DNA of 63,481 nucleotides, the filler included, from Globobulimina sp. (taxonomy: Eukaryota), in NCBI GenBank assembly GCA_003354225.1. It is 36 parts of 36 records of this genome, joined end to end, with 100 filler letters (N's around TTAATTAATTAA, not from the genome) between each part and the next. Parts side by side here need not be neighbours in the genome. Positions count along the whole stretch, not along the records: positions 10,603 to 12,269 come from PIVH01013392.1; positions 12,370 to 14,036 come from PIVH01013393.1; positions 14,137 to 15,803 come from PIVH01013394.1; positions 15,904 to 17,570 come from PIVH01013395.1; positions 17,671 to 19,337 come from PIVH01013396.1; positions 19,438 to 21,104 come from PIVH01013397.1; positions 21,205 to 22,871 come from PIVH01013398.1; 29 more parts are not named here. One strand, 5' to 3'. Below, in pieces: positions 10,912 through 22,202 of the stretch. A program made the position numbers and the translations under genes. Below the pieces are notes generated by a model. The model did no database searches. It had not been told where the DNA came from and saw nothing but the letters and a program-made list of their open reading frames with translations. Every line of letters starts with the position of its first letter. Position 1 is the first letter of the stretch.

Positions 10912-12135
10912 TTATTTATCAAGTTTTCTGCGTGTATCATCAACTTGAATCCAGTGGTTAGCAATCCATTTTTCTCCCTCTATGATAGGGCATCCAGTGT
11001 GCATTGAGTATATATCGCAATCACCAATCCATCCCACCTCTTCATCCAACAAATGGTTGAACCAAATCAATGCTTTACCTTTGACAGCTTTCACCTTTAC
11101 ATTATCATTACCTCCCTTACAATATTCCTCTGCTAAATTCTTATCACTCATTCTCCATTTCAAACTGTAATATTTCTCCATTTTATCATCCTCCGAAAGC
11201 TCCTCAGCTGTTTTAAATGCCGCTTCGTTAAATCGCTTCTCTAAATAATATTTATTCGCCAATGGAAATGCAGTGTCTCCGCCACGTTCCACGGTGTTCA
11301 AATAATATAAAACGGTCATAAATCTGCACGATTTACATGGTACATTCACATTTTTCTCTTGTTGTGTTTGCATAAAACAACATTTAATGTTTTTGTCGAC
11401 GTTCTTGCGCTTAAATGCAGAGTCAAAATGCGCATTGTATTTACCTTTTTTTTTATAATGCACGACTTGCAGAGGATAGCTGTCATCGGCAATATATTGC
11501 GGAATGGAGTATATTTTAAATAAATCATACAATCGATGATGAATGCTTGTAATTGTTTGTGTGTAATCATCGGGATAGAAAAGCCATGCTTGCTTACTTA
11601 ATCGTGAATGTTTCCATGGCTTAGAAATTAATAATTCTTTTTCAATGTAATCCGCCAACATATATGGACTAAATTGCTGCAATTCCTTTTTAGATAGTTT
11701 ATTGTCATTATTTTTATCAACATCCAATATTTTATACATTTCAATGATGTCTTTATCATTCAGATTTACGTCGTGATTCTGTTCCAATGTTAGTCTCATT
11801 TCACTCAAATTTAAATGGTTATCATGATCAATATCAAATATCTGATATCCGGTCGTTTGTTTATTACGTTCTGTTATGCTCGATTTTAGTCCTTTTCTCT
11901 TTGCGACGTTGATAATTTCAGCACATTCTTCATCTGTCAAATAATTAGAGATTTCAAAGGCTAATGGTTCAATACTAAGTGTTTTTAGTTCATATTGGTG
12001 AGATTGCAATGTTATTTCTTGTATTTCGCCAACTGCGCTTGTTGAAATGCGATGCAATACAGTTTCATCACAACTGTCATCACAAATTACACAGCAAATC
12101 GAAATCAAACAAAACAGCAAGACTGAGGGTGCCAT
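10912..12135 (-). CDS. Prolyl 4-hydroxylase with an EF-hand pair inserted in the catalytic domain (P4HTM-like)
   Basis: Signal peptide. EF-hands DIDHDNHLNLSE and DKNNDNKLSKKE. Fe/2OG ligands in HFD...MHTGCP...EKWIAN. Intronless and complete. Confidence 0.85.
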   Translation of the reverse strand: MAPSVLLFCLISICCVICDDSCDETVLHRISTSAVGEIQEITLQSHQYELKTLSIEPLAFEISNYLTDEECAEIINVAKRKGLKSSITERNKQTTGYQIFDIDHDNHLNLSEMRLTLEQNHDVNLNDKDIIEMYKILDVDKNNDNKLSKKELQQFSPYMLADYIEKELLISKPWKHSRLSKQAWLFYPDDYTQTITSIHHRLYDLFKIYSIPQYIADDSYPLQVVHYKKKGKYNAHFDSAFKRKNVDKNIKCCFMQTQQEKNVNVPCKSCRFMTVLYYLNTVERGGDTAFPLANKYYLEKRFNEAAFKTAEELSEDDKMEKYYSLKWRMSDKNLAEEYCKGGNDNVKVKAVKGKALIWFNHLLDEEVGWIGDCDIYSMHTGCPIIEGEKWIANHWIQVDDTRRKLDK

Positions 12136-12369
12136 TCTTAAAAAAAAAGTGTTTATTAATAAAAACTCATCTTAGAAATGACAGAATCAAATGTATAACA
12201 TCCTTTGCGCATTTATTAAACACCGATATCTCATCCTTATAATGTCCAATCCAAATTAATCTTTCTTTTNNNNNNNNNNNNNNNNNNNNNNNNNNNNNNN
12301 NNNNNNNNNNNNNTTAATTAATTAANNNNNNNNNNNNNNNNNNNNNNNNNNNNNNNNNNNNNNNNNNNN

Positions 12370-12488
12370 AACCAATTGCAAATCTAACAGATGTTTCTGT
12401 AATTCCAATGGACACAGATAATGAAGATGACCCTGATTTATTTTTTACAAAAGGAGGTGATTTTGATATGGCCGAATCATGTCCTGAT
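12370..12488. repeat. 119-bp exact direct repeat at both contig ends (second copy 13918-14036)
   Basis: AACCAATTGCA...TGTCCTGAT is identical at the start and end of the contig. Confidence 0.97.
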
Positions 12489-13514
12489 GCGATATTATAT
12501 GGTGTTGTTGTATGCGATTTATTGTTGGTTTATCGTTTGCATTTATTTCTGCAGCATCCATTAAATTTGCATCAGAATACGTACCAAATACAAATAAAAT
12601 AACATCTATTATATCTATTTTGCATTATTCATGGCCGCTTAGTACAGCTATCAATATAATCGCAGGGTATGTACTGTATCACTATCAGATGTATACAATC
12701 ATCAGTAATCAGTTTGGAATTCTACAGTTATACTATTGAGGACAGCTGGATGTTGGTGTTTGTATTTACTGGAATTGCATTAATTTTCATGGCTTTTTTT
12801 GCAAAACTCATGTTTTACTGTTTTAAGTTGCAAAAAACAGAGAGAAACACGGATGGTTTGGATATTTTGGAAGAAGAAGACCGACGCAATGGACTTCGGA
12901 TCATTTTTACAGACTTAAATTCTTTATTAATTATGTTGGTATCTTTTTTTATGACATTTAGATCCAGGACTATTTACATTGTTGCTTCTTCATTGTGGAT
13001 GGAAACTATTTATAACTTAACGCCATCTGCTGTTGGCTGGACCACTTTGTCTGTGGTTATTGGTGAAGTTTTAGGATTGTCGATAATGAGTACGATATCG
13101 CATAAATTTGCATTATGGATATCTGCTGTTGGTACATTATCACATCAGTTGGTGTTTGGTGCGTTATTATTTATCTTAGCCAGGATTTATGGTAATGCTA
13201 TACCATTGGCAGCCGCGTTAATATTAATTGGATTATTAACAATGGGACACGAATCATTTTATGTTGTGCAGCAATCAAATGCTATCCATTATGCACCATT
13301 ACCAAGATTAAAATTGGTATTACTTTTAGGTGAAAGAATGGCACAAGAAGCCGCATCTATCGTTGCAGTAATTATTACTGTTATGTTATGGGATGATTTG
13401 GCCAATAATTCTGTACTGATATTCAGTGTTTTATGGATTGGTGTTACATTCATTGAAAGTTTTATTTTATTTGTGTATGCAACGCCAGCCACAATAAAAC
13501 ATGGTTTTACGTGA
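12489..13514 (+). CDS. MFS-like multi-pass transporter, 5'-truncated, 1 intron
   Basis: Starts at a TM4-like segment IIWCCCMRFIVGL. Intron 12667-12727 (GTATGT...TACAG) joins the ORFs in frame. About 9 hydrophobic helices with a central loop. Confidence 0.7.
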
Positions 13515-13889
13515 TTGTATTCTTTGTGTTTTGTATGATTTGAGTTAAATTTTATGCTTATTTATTTTATGCTTATTTATTGGTATTAAATATAATATAA
13601 TATAACATTATCCTACTTTATTTTATTGATAATCTACATAAATGTATGATATTCCTATTTCCTTGACAGATTTCCTTGGCAGACTTCTTAACAAGAGAGG
13701 ACTGTGACTGTTGCAGAAGTGACTTATTTGAATCGGAATCAACCGGATTTATCCAACAAACAAAATGTTACAAACTCTTTGTACTCTCAAATCTCAACCT
13801 TTAAGTCTTTCACTCAAAACATCAAATAACCTTTGTTGCTTTGCATCACTAGCTCGTCTCTCTCAGTCTTATTCCATCCAGAACAGCTA

Positions 13890-14036
13890 ATGAGTAACAA
13901 AAAAGACAATAAAAGTAAACCAATTGCAAATCTAACAGATGTTTCTGTAATTCCAATGGACACAGATAATGAAGATGACCCTGATTTATTTTTTACAAAA
14001 GGAGGTGATTTTGATATGGCCGAATCATGTCCTGAT
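13890..14036 (+). CDS. N-terminus of a protein (MSNKKDNKSK...), 3'-partial
   Basis: ATG follows an AT-rich intergenic region. The frame is open to the contig end. Confidence 0.5.
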
Positions 14037-14325
14037 NNNNNNNNNNNNNNNNNNNNNNNNNNNNNNNNNNNNNNNNNNNNTTAATTAATTAANNNNNNNN
14101 NNNNNNNNNNNNNNNNNNNNNNNNNNNNNNNNNNNNATGGATTATTTGTTATGCTGAACAAAAAAAATAATGGTTTTACACTTGTTTAATATATCTCACT
14201 AATCTCAGACAATCAGTACTGACATGTAATTATGAATAATTTCATTAAGTATCATTTTCATAATTCTATGACGAACTAACTACGCTAGGACCGTAGTGGT
14301 CGCATGACTAGTAGTGAGAGCATAT

Positions 14326-15803
14326 TCAGCCGGGGTCATAATCCGGCTCCATGCTCACCGATTGCTTAAACATCCCGGTGAGGGAATTGATTTGGCTAAA
14401 CGTAACCCCATAGGGGAAACGGAATAGTTTGTATTTTGCATATTGTGTTGAATTGAAGTTTATGATAATTTGATTAGAATTAAGCGGATGAGATCTACCT
14501 ACATCTGCCAGAACATCTGCTACAGCATTAAAGGGTTGTTGTATTGGCTTTGTGTGGGATTTAACTTTCCATAGTATGGCATTAATAGATTTGATGTAGG
14601 ACTGTGTTTGTATGAACAGCTCTGAATTCGTCATTTTGGTGATATTCCTGGGTGTGGTGATTAAAGGCATATAATTACACAGTGAGTCAGTAAAGATGAG
14701 GGTGCGTCTATTTTCTGTGCTGATTTTAAGGTGTTTTATTAGATAATTTGATTTAAGTATTGCATAGGATTCACCAAAGTGGTTGGATTGTGGACCGATC
14801 GGTTGGGCGAAACAATGAATTTTATTGTGGTTTTTAATGAATATTCCAATTCCCGTGAGGTTGGTGTTGGGATCATGGGAGGAATCAGTTGCGATTATCA
14901 GATCTGAATCCCTTATTTTATACTTATAATTATGCCAATCAATGATGGTGTCATTACGGATATGGAATATCAGGGAGTTGTTTGGGACGATATTGTATTT
15001 TCTGCGCGTGCCAGGGATTGTGGTTTTGGAGCTGTTTATATTGTAGACATGGTAGAGCCACCTATGGATTTGGGAGATGAGGTTACGGGATAATGTGTTT
15101 TTATTTGTGTTTATATTTATGGTGTTGTGGTGATAGATGAATTGGTTAGTATTAACATCATAGTAATTGGCGCCGCAAATGACATTCCAGAATTGGGACT
15201 TATTTATGTTGACATTGGTGCAAAGTTCGATGAGTCTTTGCATATATATTTGGTTATGTATTCGGTCAATGCTCGCTCCACTTTTGGCGAAGGTGAGATT
15301 GGCATAATTCCAATATTCGTGTCGTAAAGTGTTTAGGATGGGGCATAATACTGCTAAATGTATTTCAATTGGTTTGGCAGTTTGGGCACCACACAAGTTG
15401 CAGTAATTTGTTTTTTGGTTAAAATTATAGAAAAGTTCTCTATAACAGATTATCATTTGGTCGTTTACATACTCCGCCAGTTCATTATTTTCATATATAT
15501 TCATTGGTCTGTAGTCACTGGTGATGTGGTTTAAGATTCTCAGAGGATGGTAGCGATTCAATTGATTTACAATGTGCGTGTGTTGGTTGGTTACAATAAT
15601 TGGACGTATCTGGAAGGGGTGTTCGACAGTGTCATATGGGTCAACTGTTACGGGTCCATTCGGAGTATGGTGAGTTTGGGGCGGCAGCCATTTATTTTTA
15701 AGTATGATATATTGATTGTATAGTTTATAATGATGGATATGGGGTAATTTGGACCATTTATGCATATGCGAGATGTTGCCACATCTCAAGAGTTTATAAT
15801 AAA
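14326..15803 (-). mobile_element. Non-LTR retrotransposon 3' region: CCHC zinc finger followed by RNase H, ending in DPG
   Basis: CNLC...IEIHLAVLCP zinc finger. RNase H acidic residues in IATDSS, FGESYAI, FTDSL and KVKSH...NAVAD. Strong strand compositional skew, as in the RT contig. Confidence 0.8.
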
Positions 15804-15903
15804 NNNNNNNNNNNNNNNNNNNNNNNNNNNNNNNNNNNNNNNNNNNNTTAATTAATTAANNNNNNNNNNNNNNNNNNNNNNNNNNNNNNNNNNNNNNNNN
15901 NNN

Positions 15904-17048
15904 TAGCAGTGAGTGCAGATTGTAGCCTTCCACCAGCACCAAATGGTTTATATGGAGACTCTGCGAATCTTTTAGATGTTTGTGTGCCTGTTTCAGGAAT
16001 GGGAAGTATGAAATATGAATGTGATAATAACATTGCTAAACTTTCGACGTGGCTTGGTAATGAAATATGCGAAGGTGCACCAATACAGGAGACAAGTGGC
16101 GAGGTGAATGATTATATGGCATGCGATGTGGATGAGAAGATATTTGTTCTTGAATGTTGTGGAACTGCAACACCAACAACTGTAGCACCAACAACAGCAT
16201 CACTAACAACTACATCACCAACAACTGCATCACCAACAACTGCATCACCAACAACTGCATCACCAACAACTGAATCACCAACAACTGCATCACCAACAAC
16301 TGCATCACCAACGTGTATACCAACAACAGCAATTACAATATCACCAACAACTATAGCACCAACAACTGCAACATCAACGACTACATCTCCAACAACAGCA
16401 TCACCAACAACACCATCACCAACAACAGCAGCACCAACAACTACATCACTAACAATTGCATCAAATGGTTATTTATATTGTGTTGGAACCGGACAACTGC
16501 AAGATGTACCTGGTATTGGAGATTGGTGTGAACTAAATTGTAATCACAAACCATCATTTTGTCCTCATTGGCTTTGTTCATGTAATGAACTACTAACAAC
16601 CTCAAATACTGCAGCACCAACAACAACACGACCAACGTCTGCAACACCAACAACTGCCACACCAACAATCACAGCATCAACAACAACATCTCCAACAACT
16701 GCATCACCGACAACTGTAACTCCAACAACCACAGCACCAATAACAACATCACCAACAACTGCATCCCCATCAACTACAACACCAAATACTGCAGCACCAA
16801 CAACCACATCACCAACAACTGCAACACCAACAACCACAGCACCAACAACCACAGCATCAACAACTGCAACACCAACAACTACAACACCAAATACTGCAGT
16901 ACCAACAACTGCATCACAAGGTTACTTATATTGTATTGGAATCGGACTACTGCAAGATGTACCTGGTATTGGAGATTGGTGTGAACTAAATTGTAATCAT
17001 AATCCATCATTTTGCCCATCTTGGCTTTGTTTATGTGCGAATTTGTAG
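15904..17048 (+). CDS. Mucin-like Thr/Pro-rich protein (TTASP 5-aa repeats) with two Cys-rich putative carbohydrate-binding modules, 5'-partial
   Basis: 15-bp tandem repeats. Duplicated module C.G.G.LQDVPGIGDWCELNCNH.PSFCP.WLC.C. Confidence 0.8.
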
Positions 17049-17405
17049 TGTAATTTATTTATTTTGTCGTTAGTTAATTAGATTTCGTTTCATCTTTACT
17101 TAGGTAATCCTTGCATTTGAAGTTGAAAACCACTCTAGCTAACCTAAAAACATTGCTAATCGTTGAAACGAAACTGAACGAAATTTGCAGATTAGCAACA
17201 ATGTTGGTCGATGTTTATTTGCAATATGTTGATTATGTACATTATGATTCTAGATATGGTTGATTCATAATCATAATCATGATAATTACACAAAAATAGA
17301 TAATTACACAAAATTTAGAAACTAAAAATTGAACTAAACACATTAACACAAAAGCATAGCATCTCAATCTCAATCAACAGTTATATTAAACTACCCAATT
17401 GAACA

Positions 17406-17570
17406 ATGATTAAAGTATTAAAGATATCATTAGCAGCCGCAGCATTATTATCAAGTACAAATGCGATTGTTGTAAGTCATTGTGATCATGTAAGCATTAC
17501 CATGGGACCAACAATTTTCATTCAGCCAACTGGTGTATGTTTGAGCAGAAAAGTAGATGAAGGAAATGGT
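17406..17570 (+). CDS. Secreted protein N-terminus, 3'-partial
   Basis: Signal peptide MIKVLKISLAAAALLSSTNA followed by Cys-containing sequence. Confidence 0.6.
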
Positions 17571-17961
17571 NNNNNNNNNNNNNNNNNNNNNNNNNNNNNN
17601 NNNNNNNNNNNNNNTTAATTAATTAANNNNNNNNNNNNNNNNNNNNNNNNNNNNNNNNNNNNNNNNNNNNTGGATATCTATGCCATTGAACATGTGCATG
17701 TGTGACATAAAGAGGTACATATCGCAATATATATTGTCGTATACCTTCTGTAGTTTCTGTCGTCTGTGTAGTGGTAGACATGCGTAGCATCACGAAAATC
17801 TTAATTATAATATTTTTCATCTGCTTATGGTTGAGTTCGATCAAATGAAGCTGGCAAACAATATTAGTAATGACTGATTATGGATCATAATTCGGATTAT
17901 AATTTCTATATAAATAGAAGAATTAATTAAATATCTCATTTTCCAACAAAGGTAACAAATC

Positions 17962-18696
17962 ATGCATCACAACACAAACGATCAATATGTCCAACCAAAT
18001 GTTCACCAAATAGTTGATGAACCTCCACAGAAAATTGTTCATGGAATTGGTATTCAAACAGAGAATCCGAATACACACAGTTATACATCCAACATGGCAA
18101 TAGACCCAACATACAATGCTGTTGTTGCACAGTCCGGAAGTGCTTCAATCGGAAATATGAAGACATGGCTGGCGTTATCTGTGATAATATTGGTTATTTG
18201 GATATTTTCGATTGTGGCTGCAGCATCAAATGAGGACGGTTTAATTTCAGGTTGGCGTTATCGTTTTGGATCCGGCACAAAGTGGATTTGGCTCGGATGG
18301 CAAAAGTGTAGCAGTAGTTATTTTGATGCAGTTGGTTTGGACACTAAACACTGTGGTGAATCACTGGAAGGTCCAGGGGTTTTATTTGGTGCTATGTCTA
18401 TATTAGCCTCTGTTTACATGCCTTTTGTGCTCATTGCAGCAGTGCTACAAAGCGGATTGATTTCACATAACATGAGCGAAGGAAAAAAAGCAAAGTTGTC
18501 AAAGGGAATAGTTGGTCTGTGTACATTCAATATGATATTTGCAATGATGTCGGCATTCTTGTATCTAGCCATAATGTTCGACATTGAAGATGATTTTGAT
18601 TTGGATGCATGGGGACCAAGGTTTGGGCTGATTTCGCAATGGATTGGTTCGGTGTTTGATATTGTTGTGATTGTTGTTATAAAATTCTATCTTTAA
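17962..18696 (+). CDS. Four-TM claudin/PMP22-like membrane protein
   Basis: Four hydrophobic helices. First loop W...LGWQKC...C resembles the W-GLW-C-C signature. Last helix has the pattern GP.FGL..W.G. Confidence 0.6.
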   Translation: MHHNTNDQYVQPNVHQIVDEPPQKIVHGIGIQTENPNTHSYTSNMAIDPTYNAVVAQSGSASIGNMKTWLALSVIILVIWIFSIVAAASNEDGLISGWRYRFGSGTKWIWLGWQKCSSSYFDAVGLDTKHCGESLEGPGVLFGAMSILASVYMPFVLIAAVLQSGLISHNMSEGKKAKLSKGIVGLCTFNMIFAMMSAFLYLAIMFDIEDDFDLDAWGPRFGLISQWIGSVFDIVVIVVIKFYL

Positions 18697-18890
18697 ATTC
18701 AACTTACAACAGATGTAAATAACTGACTAACGTGTTTATAATAAACGAAACATCACGAACAACATTCCACTCAAACTGGTCAATTTTCAATTGATTTATT
18801 CCCATTACTTGTGTGTAAACAAACAGAGTTCATACATTACAGTTTATCCTTAAAGTACAACAAGAAACGAAAATATATAAATGGGTGCTT

Positions 18891-19337
18891 TCAAATGTCA
18901 ATTATTATTCGTGTTTCATTACATCCAGGATACATTTCAAGTATTTTTTCATCTCTATAAAAATAGTAATTTGATTTAAATAATAATGGTTTCTTCGCAT
19001 ATAATGGCTGATTGGCATGATAGGCATCATGGACCCATAAACATTGATTATATCTATTCAATCCCCATAAATAATATTTGTTATCCTCTGTTTTAACAAT
19101 ATTATGATTTTCACCACATTTAACATCAATAATTGTTTCCCTTTTTAATGTTTTATTTGGTTGTGGTAAATATATATTTATAGTTGAACCAGTTCCACAT
19201 TGATACCACCGATTGTATCCAAAACAATATACTTTCTTATTTAATGATAGTAGTACATTATGTGCACCAACCCACCCTATTTTACGAATTTTAATATTGT
19301 TTTGAATAAAATCTTCCATTCTTTTGGCTAAATATCT
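18891..19337 (-). CDS. RCC1-repeat protein, C-terminal part
   Basis: VYCFGYNRWYQCG, VKCGENHN and YLWGLNRYNQ. Confidence 0.85.
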   Translation of the reverse strand, partial: RYLAKRMEDFIQNNIKIRKIGWVGAHNVLLSLNKKVYCFGYNRWYQCGTGSTINIYLPQPNKTLKRETIIDVKCGENHNIVKTEDNKYYLWGLNRYNQCLWVHDAYHANQPLYAKKPLLFKSNYYFYRDEKILEMYPGCNETRIIIDI

Positions 19338-19437
19338 NNNNNNNNNNNNNNNNNNNNNNNNNNNNNNNNNNNNNNNNNNNNTTAATTAATTAANNNNNNN
19401 NNNNNNNNNNNNNNNNNNNNNNNNNNNNNNNNNNNNN

Positions 19438-20885
19438 GATTACGCTAAAATCATATCTTAATTATTATGCAATCCGTCATTCAAATGCAATGATATCATC
19501 TGAATGGAAAACAGTGATCAACCCATCAACAATTCAAAAAAATTGGTTCATACAAAATCGATCACGTTATGGTTCGTATACGTTCTGGAAACCGTATGCA
19601 TTTTTCAATATTCTTCTAAACTTATTTCTTTGTTATATTTGGGAGTTTACTCATTTCCAAAACCGGCCAGCAACACTGATGTACCTTAATTATGTTGGAA
19701 TCTGTAACGGTTTTATCTCAGTTACAGCATTGTTTTTGATCCGTGGGAAAACACCGAAATTTACAGATGTATTTCATCAAAGAGATGAACTCCGGAAAAT
19801 TATAGTATTTGCATCGATTGCAATGATATTAAAAATATGCATTCATGGTTTACATTTTTTGCATGCCAGTGTTGATATACACCATCTTTTTTATATCACA
19901 GAAGCGTGTATATTTTCAACATTGTCTGCGTACATTGTGTACGTAACTACTATTTGGGTGATAGATATAAATAAACCTTTGTTACAATCATCATTGCAGC
20001 CACAAACTCCCCTTCCTTCTATTCATGATAATACGTCAAACAGTGCTAAAAATGTTGAAATGTATAAAAAAGCGGTGAAGAGTCTTGGTAGACAACGTGC
20101 AACATCAAATATTCCGCAATCACATAGTTCTGCTACAATTGGTTATATATTATCCATTGATAAAGGATTTGAAGCATTGTTAGCACATTTTGCGCAGGTT
20201 CTGTTACATGTTTTTGATGTTTTTTGGACATAGTTTTGATCTTCTTTTTATTTTTAGGAGTTCTCAACTGAGATTATTTTATGTTTGGTAGAGATGACGC
20301 AATTTCAAAAATTGGTATATCAATATTATACAAATAATTTTGAATTTGGGGTTAACGGTATTATGTTAGATAAAACGCAGTGGTTAAATCTATCACCGTC
20401 TGTTCCGAAGAGTTTAATTGTTTACGGTACTGCGACCATATCAGATGAAATTATAATTGTTTACAACGATGGGACAGAACTTACAGAAGTTGAAACAAAG
20501 AGATCCGATAAAGTTAAATGTCAAAAATGTAAAGAATTTGTAAAAAAAGCAGATGAACTTCGCCAAAAATATATAAAGAGGTACGGTACTTCTATATGAG
20601 TTTTTTTTTCGATATATCAATAACCAATGTTTCAGAGGTAGCGAATTAGAAATAAATATATCGTATAAGGTTAGAACCCAATTAAATACAAATTTGTTGA
20701 AGTTATCCATGTTGTATGATAACGTAAATTCTGCTGTTTCTGAAAAGGTGAAAGTTGAACAAATTTATAAATTATTTCTACCAACAATGAAGACATTACG
20801 CGTTTTTTTAATGGGAACATTTGACAGGTTTACAAAGAGTGCATTGTTTGAAAAATTAATATTGGAAACAGATCATAGCTTATAA
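19438..20885 (+). CDS. Multi-pass membrane protein fused to a C-terminal RGS domain (7TM-RGS type), 5'-partial, 2 introns
   Basis: TM helices, then GFEALLAHFAQ|EFSTEIILCLVE and QKYIKR|GSELEINIS. Introns 20198-20257 and 20581-20635 restore the frame. Confidence 0.8.
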
Positions 20886-21493
20886 TAATTCGTTTGTTTT
20901 GTGTGCATTGGTTTTGCGTGTATATATATGTGTATATATATATATATATTTAATTCGACTCGTTAACTTTTATTCCATCCTCTCCCTCGACAATCGCTAT
21001 TGTACTTTTTTTTTTGATTTGAAGCACTTTTAATCTTGTAGAAAACTTTAGCCTTCAGCAAAAATACAGCATCGTTAATAATAACATCTAACAAGTCCTT
21101 AAACNNNNNNNNNNNNNNNNNNNNNNNNNNNNNNNNNNNNNNNNNNNNTTAATTAATTAANNNNNNNNNNNNNNNNNNNNNNNNNNNNNNNNNNNNNNNN
21201 NNNNATTGGAAAAAAGATTTAGCAACAAAACGCCTTTACAAAATTTACACCCAATCACCGCACTCGAAATCATGTCAGCTCATGTGAACTCTGACTACTT
21301 CAGAGTCAGATAAATGCCAAAGATTTATCATTCATAGCCTGTGTAAAAGGGATCTTCTAATTTGAACATTGCACAATATACATGTACAAAAAAGTCTACT
21401 GAAGAATATAGATATAAAAAACCTTAATTCCACACATTTTCAAGTGCAGCATCACTTCTGTCTCCTCTAAGTTGTGTAACATCATTTGTGCTG

Positions 21494-22060
21494 ATGGCTT
21501 ATGATAGCAGCTCTGGTGATCGTGAGAAAAGACTCAATTCAAACATACGAATATTATACCATCAAACAGACAAAAACGCGGCAGATTCAATATTAAATTC
21601 GGGTTATATGAACAGGGGATCATCGGGTTTAGCTGGAGCTGGCATATATTTTGCTACTTCTGTAGAACATACAAATCACAAAGCGCAGAAAAAAGGAGTT
21701 GTCTTACGATGCCGAGTCAAATTAGGAAATATTAAAAAAATTTCAAAATATGGAAATTATAATACAACTTATCAGGGTTTATTATCTCAAGGATATGATT
21801 CTGTGATGATACCAAGAGATAATGGAACTGAATATGTAGTTTATAATTGGGATCAAATCGAAAGACTTGGCACCGAAGTTGGTTATGCAAAAAAATCATA
21901 TGATTCGACAGAAAATAATAAAAAATATCAAGTCACAAAAAAAACCGTAGATGATATGGTTAAAGGAAAATCGCTGTTGGAATATGAAGAGTTAGATAAA
22001 GATGATAAAATAGCAATGTCCAATCTTTTATTATTGTATCATGACCATCTTTTACAGTAA
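21494..22060 (+). CDS. PARP-fold ADP-ribosyltransferase, Gig2-like single-domain protein
   Basis: H-Y-E triad context: LYHQT, GAGIYFA and GYDSV...EYVVY. Confidence 0.75.
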   Translation: MAYDSSSGDREKRLNSNIRILYHQTDKNAADSILNSGYMNRGSSGLAGAGIYFATSVEHTNHKAQKKGVVLRCRVKLGNIKKISKYGNYNTTYQGLLSQGYDSVMIPRDNGTEYVVYNWDQIERLGTEVGYAKKSYDSTENNKKYQVTKKTVDDMVKGKSLLEYEELDKDDKIAMSNLLLLYHDHLLQ

Positions 22061-22202
22061 AATATAATAATTGTATACTTTGGAACATGCAGTGCAAGGA
22101 TAATGTATACAATTTCAAACAAGTCAAATTCTGAAAGCTTTGTTTCTATCTCCTGCCAAAACCGATACTTCTTCAAATACGCTGTTTGCAAGCTTGCATT
22201 AG

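Noticed and set aside
16441-16852. Antisense Val/Gly-rich ORFs (also 2334-2667)
   Set aside because: Shadow frames of Thr/Pro repeat genes.
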